Shown here: one piece after another, positions 9,603 to 17,428 of the stretch
Numbering within the stretch: the stretch's first letter is position 1
Layout of the letters: every line of letters begins with the position of its first letter
Assembly (NCBI GenBank): GCA_964651965.1
Contig: CAZYZS010000002.1
Span: 17,164 to 81,163 of the forward strand
Reading direction: 5' to 3'
Length of the DNA: 64,000 nt
From: Candidatus Woesearchaeota archaeon
Lineage (GTDB): Archaea > Nanobdellota > Nanobdellia > Pacearchaeales > GW2011-AR1
Notes under the pieces: model-generated
The model's database searches: none
What the model was told of the DNA's origin: nothing
What the model saw: the letters and a program-made list of their open reading frames with translations, nothing else
Program-made: the position numbers and the translations under genes

Positions 9603-9655
9603 TATATGCTTTCTAATAAGTTAATATTTAAATAAACAGTGCCCCTTTGTAGGTT

Positions 9656-10549
9656 ATGGACGAAGTAAAGATAAAAGAAGCGTTTTTTAAGGTAAAAGAA
9701 GAGATCTTTAATCTAGGAAGCGAGTTATCTGAGATAAAAAAAGAGATGCAAGAAACAGCAAGATTGATAAGGCGGATGGATGAAGAGCTCACTCGGATAA
9801 AGATAGACCTTATGCTTAGGGAAGCTGAAAAATCCCCTAGTCAACTAACAGACAAACCAACAGTCAAACAGACAAGCACTCCAACACGCAGTCCAACAGA
9901 TAGCTTTCAAAATACGTCAAATTCTGTGACTCCAACATATAATCCGACACATGGACAGGAAATAGGGGGGTGGAATACCCAAAATTGGCAGACTTCCACA
10001 GGAAATGAAGGGGTTCCAACAGACAGACAGACAAACCAACAGACAGTCCAACAGACACATCTTTTACCTGAAATACCCCATTTAGCCACTACAAAATCAT
10101 CCACTTTAGATTCTTCCGCCTTAAATGTAGTTACTAATAAAAGTAGAGAAAATGCCCAGGAAAATACCCTTGTTTTTCCTCAAAAAATCTTCCAAGATTC
10201 CAAACCAATAAAGCAACAGATTTCAGAAGCCTCTGAAATCCTCGCATCCCTCGATAATATTAAGAGAGAAATAAGGAGGAAGTTTAAGTCCATAACTAAG
10301 CAGGAAATGCTCGTTTTTTCGACAATTTACACCCTAGAAGAGCAGAGCCCAGATGCAGACTATCAAAAAATAGCCTCTAAGCTTAGTTTAAGTGAATCTT
10401 CCATAAGAGACTATGTTCAAAGAATAGTAAAAAAAGGCATACCCATAGAGAAAGAAAAGCTAAATAATAAGAAAATTATCCTTCATATTTCTCCCGAACT
10501 CAAGAAAATTGCCACTTTAGACACTATAATTAGGCTTAGAAGCCTTTAA
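9656..10549 (+). CDS. Coiled-coil / low-complexity linker / C-terminal wHTH protein
   Basis: N-terminal heptads, T/Q/P-rich linker, ITKQEMLVFSTIY...YQKIASKLSLSESSIRDYVQRIVKKG HTH. Confidence 0.85.
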   Translation: MDEVKIKEAFFKVKEEIFNLGSELSEIKKEMQETARLIRRMDEELTRIKIDLMLREAEKSPSQLTDKPTVKQTSTPTRSPTDSFQNTSNSVTPTYNPTHGQEIGGWNTQNWQTSTGNEGVPTDRQTNQQTVQQTHLLPEIPHLATTKSSTLDSSALNVVTNKSRENAQENTLVFPQKIFQDSKPIKQQISEASEILASLDNIKREIRRKFKSITKQEMLVFSTIYTLEEQSPDADYQKIASKLSLSESSIRDYVQRIVKKGIPIEKEKLNNKKIILHISPELKKIATLDTIIRLRSL

Positions 10550-11147
10550 ATTCTTCGCCAGCAGATAAATTTAACAAAGACCAATATTTTCGGTGTAACG
10601 AAATTAAAATGCGCTGCTAACTAAGATAAACCCCCTGCCTTCTCTGTTTTTTAGGGGTTTTAAGCCTTGTTGAGTTATTTTCTTTGCTTAAACAAGGCTC
10701 TCCTTATTTGAATATGCTATTTTTTGAATTCTCACTTTGTTATTATCAATAATTATTTCCTTTCCTTTTTTCCTCACTTTCGTCCCTTTGTTCTCCTTTT
10801 CCTGATTTTACTGGTTTTAAGCCGCAATTTCTCTTTATTTCAGCTTAAATTCTAAAGTTCCTCGGGCCAGTAAAACCCTCACTTTGGTCTATTTTTGCCC
10901 TTTTTCTTGGTTTTTATACTCCCTTTTCCCCTGTCCGTCCTTCTTTCTAAGTCCTTATTTCTCTCTTTTTCTGCAATACTTCTGTTTTCCCCAAAAGAGA
11001 CTTGTTTTTCCCTGTTTTTTAACTCTCACTTTTACCTTTTTTTCATAAAAAAGGTTCGTATAAGCTATAAAATAGTTCGGTTAAGGTTAATTCCCTATTC
11101 AAAACCTCCCTTTTCCCATTTTTAGCTTATTTTAACCCTATTTTAGC

Positions 11148-11816
11148 TTAGTTTAAGCTTTCTTCAGCCATTTCTGCTCTTTTTTCACTAAAACCCACAT
11201 CATTTCCCTTTCCATTCCTTTTTATCCTCACTTTGGCCTTTTTTAGCATCATTCCCTTTATCTGATCCGGTATGAAGAATCTTTTTTTGTTGTTTTTCCC
11301 CATTATCTCTTCTACCAAACCATCACTTTTCTGTTTTATGCTGTTTACTTGCCCCCTTATTGTTGCCCTTTCTTTTCCTAACATTGCGGCTAGGTCATCA
11401 TAGCTCAATTTCATTTCCGAATTTAACATGACCCACACTATTGCCCTTTCAGTCACAGACAAATTATCTAAAAAATTGTCCAAAAACGATGTTTGAACAG
11501 CTGTTTGAACAGGTGTTTGAACAGCTTCAACAGCTGTTTGTTTGTTAAACACTGTTTGTTGCTGTTTAAACAGCTTTTTGTTGCCGAGTATATCTATCAT
11601 ATTTTTTAGGTTTTCTATCTCAGATCTTATCGAGGACAATTCATCGTATATCTCAGAAATCTCTTCTTTTTGCTGGTCTCCCTTCTGGTTTAGGTGTTTA
11701 ATCCAGGTAGAGGTGTTTGAAAAATCCTGTTTAACATTGTTGAAGCCTGTTTGAACAGCATACCTTAATCTTTCAACATCATCAACATCTGCCTTTTTCT
11801 TAAACCAACCAAACAT
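11148..11816 (-). CDS. Coiled-coil / QTAV-repeat linker / C-terminal wHTH protein
   Basis: LSVTERAIVWVML...SYDDLAAMLGKERATIRGQVNSIKQK HTH; start at MFGWFKK, TATA-like TATTTAAA upstream. Confidence 0.85.
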   Translation of the reverse strand: MFGWFKKKADVDDVERLRYAVQTGFNNVKQDFSNTSTWIKHLNQKGDQQKEEISEIYDELSSIRSEIENLKNMIDILGNKKLFKQQQTVFNKQTAVEAVQTPVQTAVQTSFLDNFLDNLSVTERAIVWVMLNSEMKLSYDDLAAMLGKERATIRGQVNSIKQKSDGLVEEIMGKNNKKRFFIPDQIKGMMLKKAKVRIKRNGKGNDVGFSEKRAEMAEESLN

Positions 11817-12000
11817 GAAATACCTAGAAAGACCCCCTTTAAATACCTTTCTGTCCATACCTCTTAATTTTCTTGTTTTTATTTTTTATTTTTTGATTTT
11901 TTTTGTAAACAAACACTCTTAAACAGCTATAAACAGCTGTTTAAAGCATAAACAGCCCATATTTTTTCCGACGATAAAACAAAAAACAGCTGTTTAAACG
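11490..12000. repeat. Cluster of 12-bp palindromic CTGTTTRAACAG / AAACAGCTGTTT units
   Basis: Tandem copies at 11490-11575 and ~11747-11759 in the gene and ~11920-11945, ~11985-11999 upstream of it; further copies at 13125-13160, 13713-13724, 17347-17369. Confidence 0.85.
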
Positions 12001-12782
12001 GGGTTTTCCGCAAAATCCAACACATAATCCAACAGATCTCGACAAAATTTTAAGGGGTTAGCAGGATAGGGGCAAATTTTTTTACACTTTTTATAAAATC
12101 TCTTCAATTTTTTATATTTTTCGCATAAATTTTTTTCATCTTTTTTAAGTCTTTTAATATTTTTAACAAACAACTTGCAACTGCTTTTTTTATTGAATCA
12201 TTTGCAATTTTTTCTTTCATTTTTTGAATATCTGTTTTTTAATTTGCAAATTTTTTGCATTGCTCAATAATTTTTTGTTTTTTTTATGTCAAAAATTGCA
12301 AAAAAGCTTATCTTTTTTTCAATTTTCTGCGATTAAAAGTTTTTATCATTGCTTAAATGTTTAAATTGGAGAATAACCTGCATAAATTTGTTAAATTTTT
12401 AAAAAATAATAAAAAAATCGGATTAATTTTGTTAAAAGTCTGTTCAATTTTTATAAAAATTTTTAGTGAGTGCCCAAAAAGAACAAAAATTCTATCCAGC
12501 ACCCAAATTAATCAGTCTTGCTAGTAGAACCGGTCCGAAGTTTCTATTTTTATCCTTTTTGCCTTCTTTTTAGGCAAGCTTTGTTGTTTTAATCTTTAAT
12601 CAAGTCACTTTCTTGATAGTTTCTTTTTAGTCTAGCCCTAACCCGAGCTTATTTACCCTAAATAAAACCTCTTATCAAAGCTTAAAACTTCCTGCATGCC
12701 TAAAAATTTCAAAAACCCATAAATAGCTAAAATATATATTCAAAAACAGCAAACCTTAAATATTTGTGAGATATTTTTTCCT

Positions 12783-13052
12783 ATGGAGCAAAATCGCCAA
12801 AATAGTGTAAGTTTAGTTCATGAACTTAGAGAAAAGCTGTATGTTCTTCAAGTAGTAGAATATTATCCGGGCGAAAAGGATCCAAGGACCATGAACACTT
12901 TTTTTAAGTATGACTCTTCAAACCAGGAGTTTAATCCAGACCAGGTGCTTAATAAGGCCTATCAACATGGGCTTGCAAGAGCAAAAGCTTTAGGGGTAGA
13001 ATTGGTATTGGAGGACGAATTAGCCCAAAGAGCAAAAAAAAGAGAGAGTTAA
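12783..13052 (+). CDS. Hypothetical protein (repeat-delimited cassette 1)
   Basis: 89-aa ORF with own TATA; stop codon lies inside the next repeat box. Confidence 0.7.
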   Translation: MEQNRQNSVSLVHELREKLYVLQVVEYYPGEKDPRTMNTFFKYDSSNQEFNPDQVLNKAYQHGLARAKALGVELVLEDELAQRAKKRES

Positions 13053-13195
13053 ATATTTCAATCAATGCTTAAAACTTCTTGCAAGCCTAAATTTCCTAAA
13101 AACCATTGCTTTTTTGCAGTTTTCAACAGCTGTTTATTAAAAAACATTGTTTAAACAACATAAATGTTTAAAAACAAGAAGATTTTTAATGGGCT

Positions 13196-13585
13196 ATGAG
13201 AAAAGAGAAATACTTGGATGGGGAGGGTCATCCTCTTAAAGAAGGATGGTACATAGGCGTTTTTCCTGGAAGTTCAACAAGTGCTGCTGCAAATGCGGTG
13301 AGAAATCTGCATTTTATTAGGCGAGAAGGTGGCGGCTTTTTAGCCTATTACGAGAAGGTTCCAACTCGCTTAAATCCTGATTTCGCAAAGAACTTTTACC
13401 CATTAGATGTTAAGACCTACCTTGGGATGTTAAGAGATAGAATGGGTCGTGTTTTAGGGGTTGTTGAGAAAATGGTAGGAGAAGGAGTCTTGTCTGAAGA
13501 TTTGAAAGAGAGCCTTCGTCAAACCCTCGGCGCTTCTCCTTATATTTCAGGAAGAGGTTCTTGGAAGCGCCGCCCTTCCCGATAA
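13196..13585 (+). CDS. Hypothetical protein (cassette 2)
   Basis: 129-aa ORF between repeats. Confidence 0.7.
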   Translation: MRKEKYLDGEGHPLKEGWYIGVFPGSSTSAAANAVRNLHFIRREGGGFLAYYEKVPTRLNPDFAKNFYPLDVKTYLGMLRDRMGRVLGVVEKMVGEGVLSEDLKESLRQTLGASPYISGRGSWKRRPSR

Positions 13586-13761
13586 ATCCTTGTTAATTCT
13601 TTTAATCATTGCTTAAAACTTTTAGCATAGTCAAAATTCATAAAAACCACTGCTTTTTTCGCATTTTTTTATGGTGTTTTTGTTGTTTTTCCAGTTGTTT
13701 ATACAAAAACATTGTTTAAACAACATAAATGCTTAAATAATTTGAATTTTTTAAACGAGTT

Positions 13762-14151
13762 ATGAGTAAAGCGAATTATGAAGTTTTTTTAATTCATCCA
13801 GGAGCGGAGTTCCACCTGAATGGTTACGAGAGGGATTCAAATCACCATTCAAATTGGGGTACAGTAATTAGAAAAAATAAGGGGGTATTTGATTCTATCT
13901 ATTCATTTGTATCTATTCCCTTTCATGAGCCCGAAGAATCGGGGAAACCCCCCAAGCATTATATCGTGATGCAGTATTCTCAATCGAATGGGAAAGCAGA
14001 AAAATCAAAATTAGTTTCTATAATCGATAATCCTGCTGAAGATACTGGAGAAGCTTTGGCAAGAGAGCGAGCAGAAAAACTCGCTAGAATGTATGCTCAA
14101 AAGAGAGCGGCTAAATACGGTGTAGAAACACAAGAGATTCTACCTATTTAA
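13762..14151 (+). CDS. Hypothetical protein (cassette 3)
   Basis: 129-aa ORF between repeats. Confidence 0.7.
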   Translation: MSKANYEVFLIHPGAEFHLNGYERDSNHHSNWGTVIRKNKGVFDSIYSFVSIPFHEPEESGKPPKHYIVMQYSQSNGKAEKSKLVSIIDNPAEDTGEALARERAEKLARMYAQKRAAKYGVETQEILPI

Positions 14152-14240
14152 GCCTGTCAAATCTTCTTATCAAAGCTTAAAACTTCCTGCAAGCATGTTT
14201 TTTAGCATAAAATAGTGACTAAAACACCGTAAGATTTATA

Positions 14241-14260
14241 TACTTAGGGCACCCTAAGTA
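14241..14260. promoter_or_regulatory. Perfect inverted repeat TACTTAGGG-CA-CCCTAAGTA; candidate recombinase binding/crossover site
   Basis: 9-bp arms around a central dinucleotide, overlapping a TATA-like element upstream of the recombinase; extra half-site ACCCTAAGT at 14282-14290. Confidence 0.6.
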
Positions 14261-14320
14261 ATCGTGAACCGGCTTTTAAATACCCTAAGTTCACACCTAA
14301 ATCCACAAAAGAGGTAAAAA

Positions 14321-15091
14321 ATGACTGAAAATTTCGCAAAACCCTTAGCTGCAATCTATGTTCGAGTTTCCACCCAAGATCAAGCACAGCATGGATTTTC
14401 TCTTGATGCACAACAAGATTCTTTGATTAACTATTCAAAAGCATTAGGTTATGAGGTTTATAAAATTTATAGAGATGAGGGAAAATCTGCCAAGGACCTG
14501 AAACGGCCTGAAATGAGCCATTTACTTAGGGATGCAGAAGAAAGGAAGTTTCAGGCAATCTTTATTTATAAATTAGACCGGTTTTCAAGAAGCTTAAAAG
14601 ATTTAATCTTAACAATCGACAAACTAAAGGAATGGGGTATAGACTTTATTTCCTTGCAAGATAAAATAGAAACCGCTTCTGCTTCTGGAAAGCTTATGTT
14701 CCATATTATCTCGGCTTTTGCGGAATTTGAAAGAAATATAATAGGGGATAGGACTAAATTCGGTATGGAGAGAAAAGCCAAGGAAGGGGGTTTTATAACA
14801 AAGGCCCCCTGTGGATATAAGCTTGTTAATAAAGAACTAATAATAGACCGTGAAACAGCAGAGCAGGTTAAACAGATATACCAAGAATTTGCTGAAAAGG
14901 AGATTTCTTTAACAAGCCTAGCCAAAGCCCATGGATTTACTACCTCCGGAATTAAGAAGCTTCTTAAAAATACTACTTACCTTGGCAAGGTTAAATTTGC
15001 AGAGCAAGAGAGTGCAGGGAAACATGAGGCCTTACTCAGCGAAGATCTATTCCAGAAGGTTCAAGAGAAACTCGGCTCTTTAAAAAAATGA
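14321..15091 (+). CDS. Serine recombinase (catalytic domain + recombinase domain; short LSR-like)
   Basis: AIYVRVSTQDQ...SLDAQ, DEGKSA, KLDRFSRS, AFAEFER, APCGY, LLKNTTYLG, HEALLSEDLFQKVQ. Confidence 0.95.
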   Translation: MTENFAKPLAAIYVRVSTQDQAQHGFSLDAQQDSLINYSKALGYEVYKIYRDEGKSAKDLKRPEMSHLLRDAEERKFQAIFIYKLDRFSRSLKDLILTIDKLKEWGIDFISLQDKIETASASGKLMFHIISAFAEFERNIIGDRTKFGMERKAKEGGFITKAPCGYKLVNKELIIDRETAEQVKQIYQEFAEKEISLTSLAKAHGFTTSGIKKLLKNTTYLGKVKFAEQESAGKHEALLSEDLFQKVQEKLGSLKK

Positions 15092-15648
15092 AAATTCTTC
15101 CAAAAACAGAAAGAGAAGCACTAGATATAGTATATAGCGTACTAAATCAGGGTGATTCAAGGTATAATGATCCTCAAAGTGAAATAATTTTATCGAAGTT
15201 TTTGTTAAATGGGGCAATTTCTTTGGAAGAAAGGCACTTTCCAGAGATTAATAGCCCAGAAAAAAGTGAACTTGAAAGCATCAAAGGAGTACAAAGAGCA
15301 GATAAATATCTAGCAAAAATACTCTTGGAAAAAGAAGGGTTTAAAGATTCAGAAATCTTTTTTGAGAGAGCTTTTTTAGGCTCTCGCCCAGATGTTCTTG
15401 CAGAGTCTGAAAGTAAGATTATTGCAGTGGAATGTTGTTCATGCAGAATAGACAAGATAGTAAATTATCTTCCAGAAGTAGAGGCAGTCTGGATATTAAC
15501 GCTAGGAGAGTCGCCATGGGGAAATATCCATTACCTAAAGGAGAAAATGCATTGGTACATTTTCAGAAAAGGAGTAAATTGGAACAGAGTTCTAGACTTT
15601 CAAAAAAAGAAAATTGAAGAATTAAAGAAAGTTCCAAGTTTGTTATAA
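15088..15648 (+). CDS. Hypothetical protein with PD-(D/E)xK-like motif, coupled to recombinase
   Basis: RPDVLAE...IAVECC; ATGA overlap with the recombinase stop. Confidence 0.65.
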   Translation: MKILPKTEREALDIVYSVLNQGDSRYNDPQSEIILSKFLLNGAISLEERHFPEINSPEKSELESIKGVQRADKYLAKILLEKEGFKDSEIFFERAFLGSRPDVLAESESKIIAVECCSCRIDKIVNYLPEVEAVWILTLGESPWGNIHYLKEKMHWYIFRKGVNWNRVLDFQKKKIEELKKVPSLL

Positions 15649-15688
15649 CATCGATTAAAACTTTTAATCGCAGAAAAATCCAAAAAAT

Positions 15689-15841
15689 TTACCAAAGAAT
15701 AAAAGCAACCAAGATAAAAACGATCAGTATTGTAATCAAAATCGCCAGGAGTTTTTTAGTGATTGTGTAAGTAAAAGTTCCAGCAGCTACAACAACTACG
15801 CAAGCAATTATCAACCAGACTTTTTGTGATAGTTCATCCAT
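15689..15841 (-). CDS. 50-aa two-TM membrane microprotein
   Basis: Manual translation MDELSQKVWLIIACVVVVAAGTFTYTITKKLLAILITILIVFILVAFILW; bounded by repeat boxes. Confidence 0.65.
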   Translation of the reverse strand: MDELSQKVWLIIACVVVVAAGTFTYTITKKLLAILITILIVFILVAFILW

Positions 15842-15866
15842 TTTGATTAAAACTTTTAATTAGTTA

Positions 15867-16328
15867 TTACTCACATCCCCTACATTCACATCTGCATTTA
15901 TCCTCAACACAATATGGCTTAAATCCTTCTAATAACCCTGGTTGTTCATAATCTGAACAATTAATTACCTCACAATCAGAATTAAGGTTACAGGAGTCAT
16001 ATTCTCCAAAATACTCGCACCTGTTGTTTTTGCATATAACTTCCTTATTGCAAATCATCGAGCACATTTTTCCTGTATAGCCCAAGCATAGTAACCCTGC
16101 TTTATTTTCATATATCTTTAAATATTTTTTGTTTACAGCATCTCCACAATGGCAAGAACAATGGGTAGCTACATGAACGCAGTCTTCATCTGTCTCGCAT
16201 ATTTTATGTTCGGGCTCTATTTTAATAGAGTCAGGGATTAAAGCAAAAAATAAGATTACAGCCACAATTAATATAACAACTATAATCAAAACAATTTTCC
16301 ACTTCTTTTTCATTTGAACAGTAAACAA
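15867..16328 (-). CDS. Membrane-anchored Cys-rich extracellular protein
   Basis: KKKWK + hydrophobic anchor, CETDEDC/CNLNSDC cysteine clusters; likely start at MKKKW. Confidence 0.8.
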   Translation of the reverse strand: MFTVQMKKKWKIVLIIVVILIVAVILFFALIPDSIKIEPEHKICETDEDCVHVATHCSCHCGDAVNKKYLKIYENKAGLLCLGYTGKMCSMICNKEVICKNNRCEYFGEYDSCNLNSDCEVINCSDYEQPGLLEGFKPYCVEDKCRCECRGCE

Positions 16329-16367
16329 AAAGACTTAATAAAACTTCCCATTAAAACTTTTAATCGC

Positions 16368-16520
16368 CTAAACAAAAAACAAAATTATTGCAATTATCAA
16401 GACTATTGCTGCTAAAATCCAAAATAACTTTTTAGCAATCTTAAGTCCTATTATGAACAACAAAACAGCTACTACCAAGGTTACAATCGGATATGTTCTG
16501 GCTAATGCATATAAATCCAT
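16368..16520 (-). CDS. 50-aa two-TM membrane microprotein
   Basis: Manual translation MDLYALARTYPIVTLVVAVLLFIIGLKIAKKLFWILAAIVLIIAIILFFV; stop abuts repeat box. Confidence 0.65.
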   Translation of the reverse strand: MDLYALARTYPIVTLVVAVLLFIIGLKIAKKLFWILAAIVLIIAIILFFV

Positions 16521-16541
16521 AGAAAACAATAGTCAACGTTC

Positions 16542-16970
16542 TTAATAAATTCTTCTATCTTTCCCTCTTTCGTCCAATGCTTTATTCACTAGTTTATCAG
16601 CCTCTTGCATATGTTCGTTTTCTCTTGGAACATTCTGATAAGAAACTTCTTCAAACTCTTTTTCTGCTTTTTCAACCTGTTCAAACAGCTCCTTCAGCTC
16701 TTTTTTCTTTATTTTATACTCCCCATTCAGTTGCCTGACAACAAGCTCAGAATCCGAATAAATATGCACTTTTTTAGCATATTTTTTGCACAGTTCTAAG
16801 GCCCTAATTATTGCCCTGTATTCAGCTTCATTGTTGGTTTTTATGCCAACAAACTCTTTATATTCTTCAATCATCTGGTCATTTTCATCTAAAATTATTA
16901 TGCCAATAGCGGCTTTTCCAGGATTTCCTCTTGCCCCACCATCTGTATAAACAAACAATCTTTTTTCCAT
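16542..16970 (-). CDS. rnhA: Ribonuclease HI family protein
   Basis: YTDGGARGNPG, TNNEAEY, SDSELVVRQ, VPRENE..ADKL. Confidence 0.92.
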   Translation of the reverse strand: MEKRLFVYTDGGARGNPGKAAIGIIILDENDQMIEEYKEFVGIKTNNEAEYRAIIRALELCKKYAKKVHIYSDSELVVRQLNGEYKIKKKELKELFEQVEKAEKEFEEVSYQNVPRENEHMQEADKLVNKALDERGKDRRIY

Positions 16971-17046
16971 GTAAAAATTTACTCGCTGTCTGTTAATAAA
17001 CCTGTTGTTTAAATAAGATTTATAAAGATATACTCTCTTTCATAAC

Positions 17047-17313
17047 ATGCAAATCCTAGGTTTAATCGCTTCTATCTTAACAATATTGCTAGTGTTTATC
17101 GGATTAGTTTCGCAAGTAATAATAAATTTTAAAAGAAAATCTTGCAGAGGGTTATCTCTAATCTATTTTATTATAATCTTTTTTGCATATTCTGCTTGGT
17201 CCATGTATGGGGTTTCGATATCTGACTGGTATTTGATAATTCCTCAAATCGCAGGAGCAATAATTTCTTTAATCCTTCTTTTCCAATTTTATCTTTATAG
17301 AAAAAGTATCTAA
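17047..17313 (+). CDS. SemiSWEET/PQ-loop family 3-TM transporter
   Basis: 88 aa, SQV...KRKS..GLS, WSMYG...DWYLIIPQ. Confidence 0.7.
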   Translation: MQILGLIASILTILLVFIGLVSQVIINFKRKSCRGLSLIYFIIIFFAYSAWSMYGVSISDWYLIIPQIAGAIISLILLFQFYLYRKSI

Positions 17314-17428
17314 AGTTACCCCCTTTCCTTTTTGTTTAACTTTTTGGCTGTTTAAACAGCTGTTTAAACGCCACAAACACTTTCAAAAAACAAATATTTT
17401 TATACTTTCCACCTTTAGATTTCCTATC

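Larger units (their letters stand above)
12333..16367. repeat. Dispersed repeat family (box A ~TTAAAACTTTTAATC, often followed 20 bp later by box B TTAAAACTTYYWGCA) delimiting single ORFs
   Basis: A+B at 12333, 12662, 13049, 13593, 14157; A only at 15655, 15847, 16351; 27-bp identity TCTTATCAAAGCTTAAAACTTCCTGCA at 12670 and 14165. Confidence 0.85.

Noticed and set aside
10895..11125. 76-aa Phe/Leu-rich ORF
   Set aside because: By-product of the T-rich intergenic tract; TTG start, no promoter evidence
14321..15648. IS607-family element
   Set aside because: No N-terminal MerR-like HTH in the recombinase and the downstream ORF is not TnpB
12333..16367. CRISPR array interpretation of the dispersed repeats
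   Set aside because: Spacing of 190-1500 bp, degenerate repeats, intervening ORFs and no cas genes
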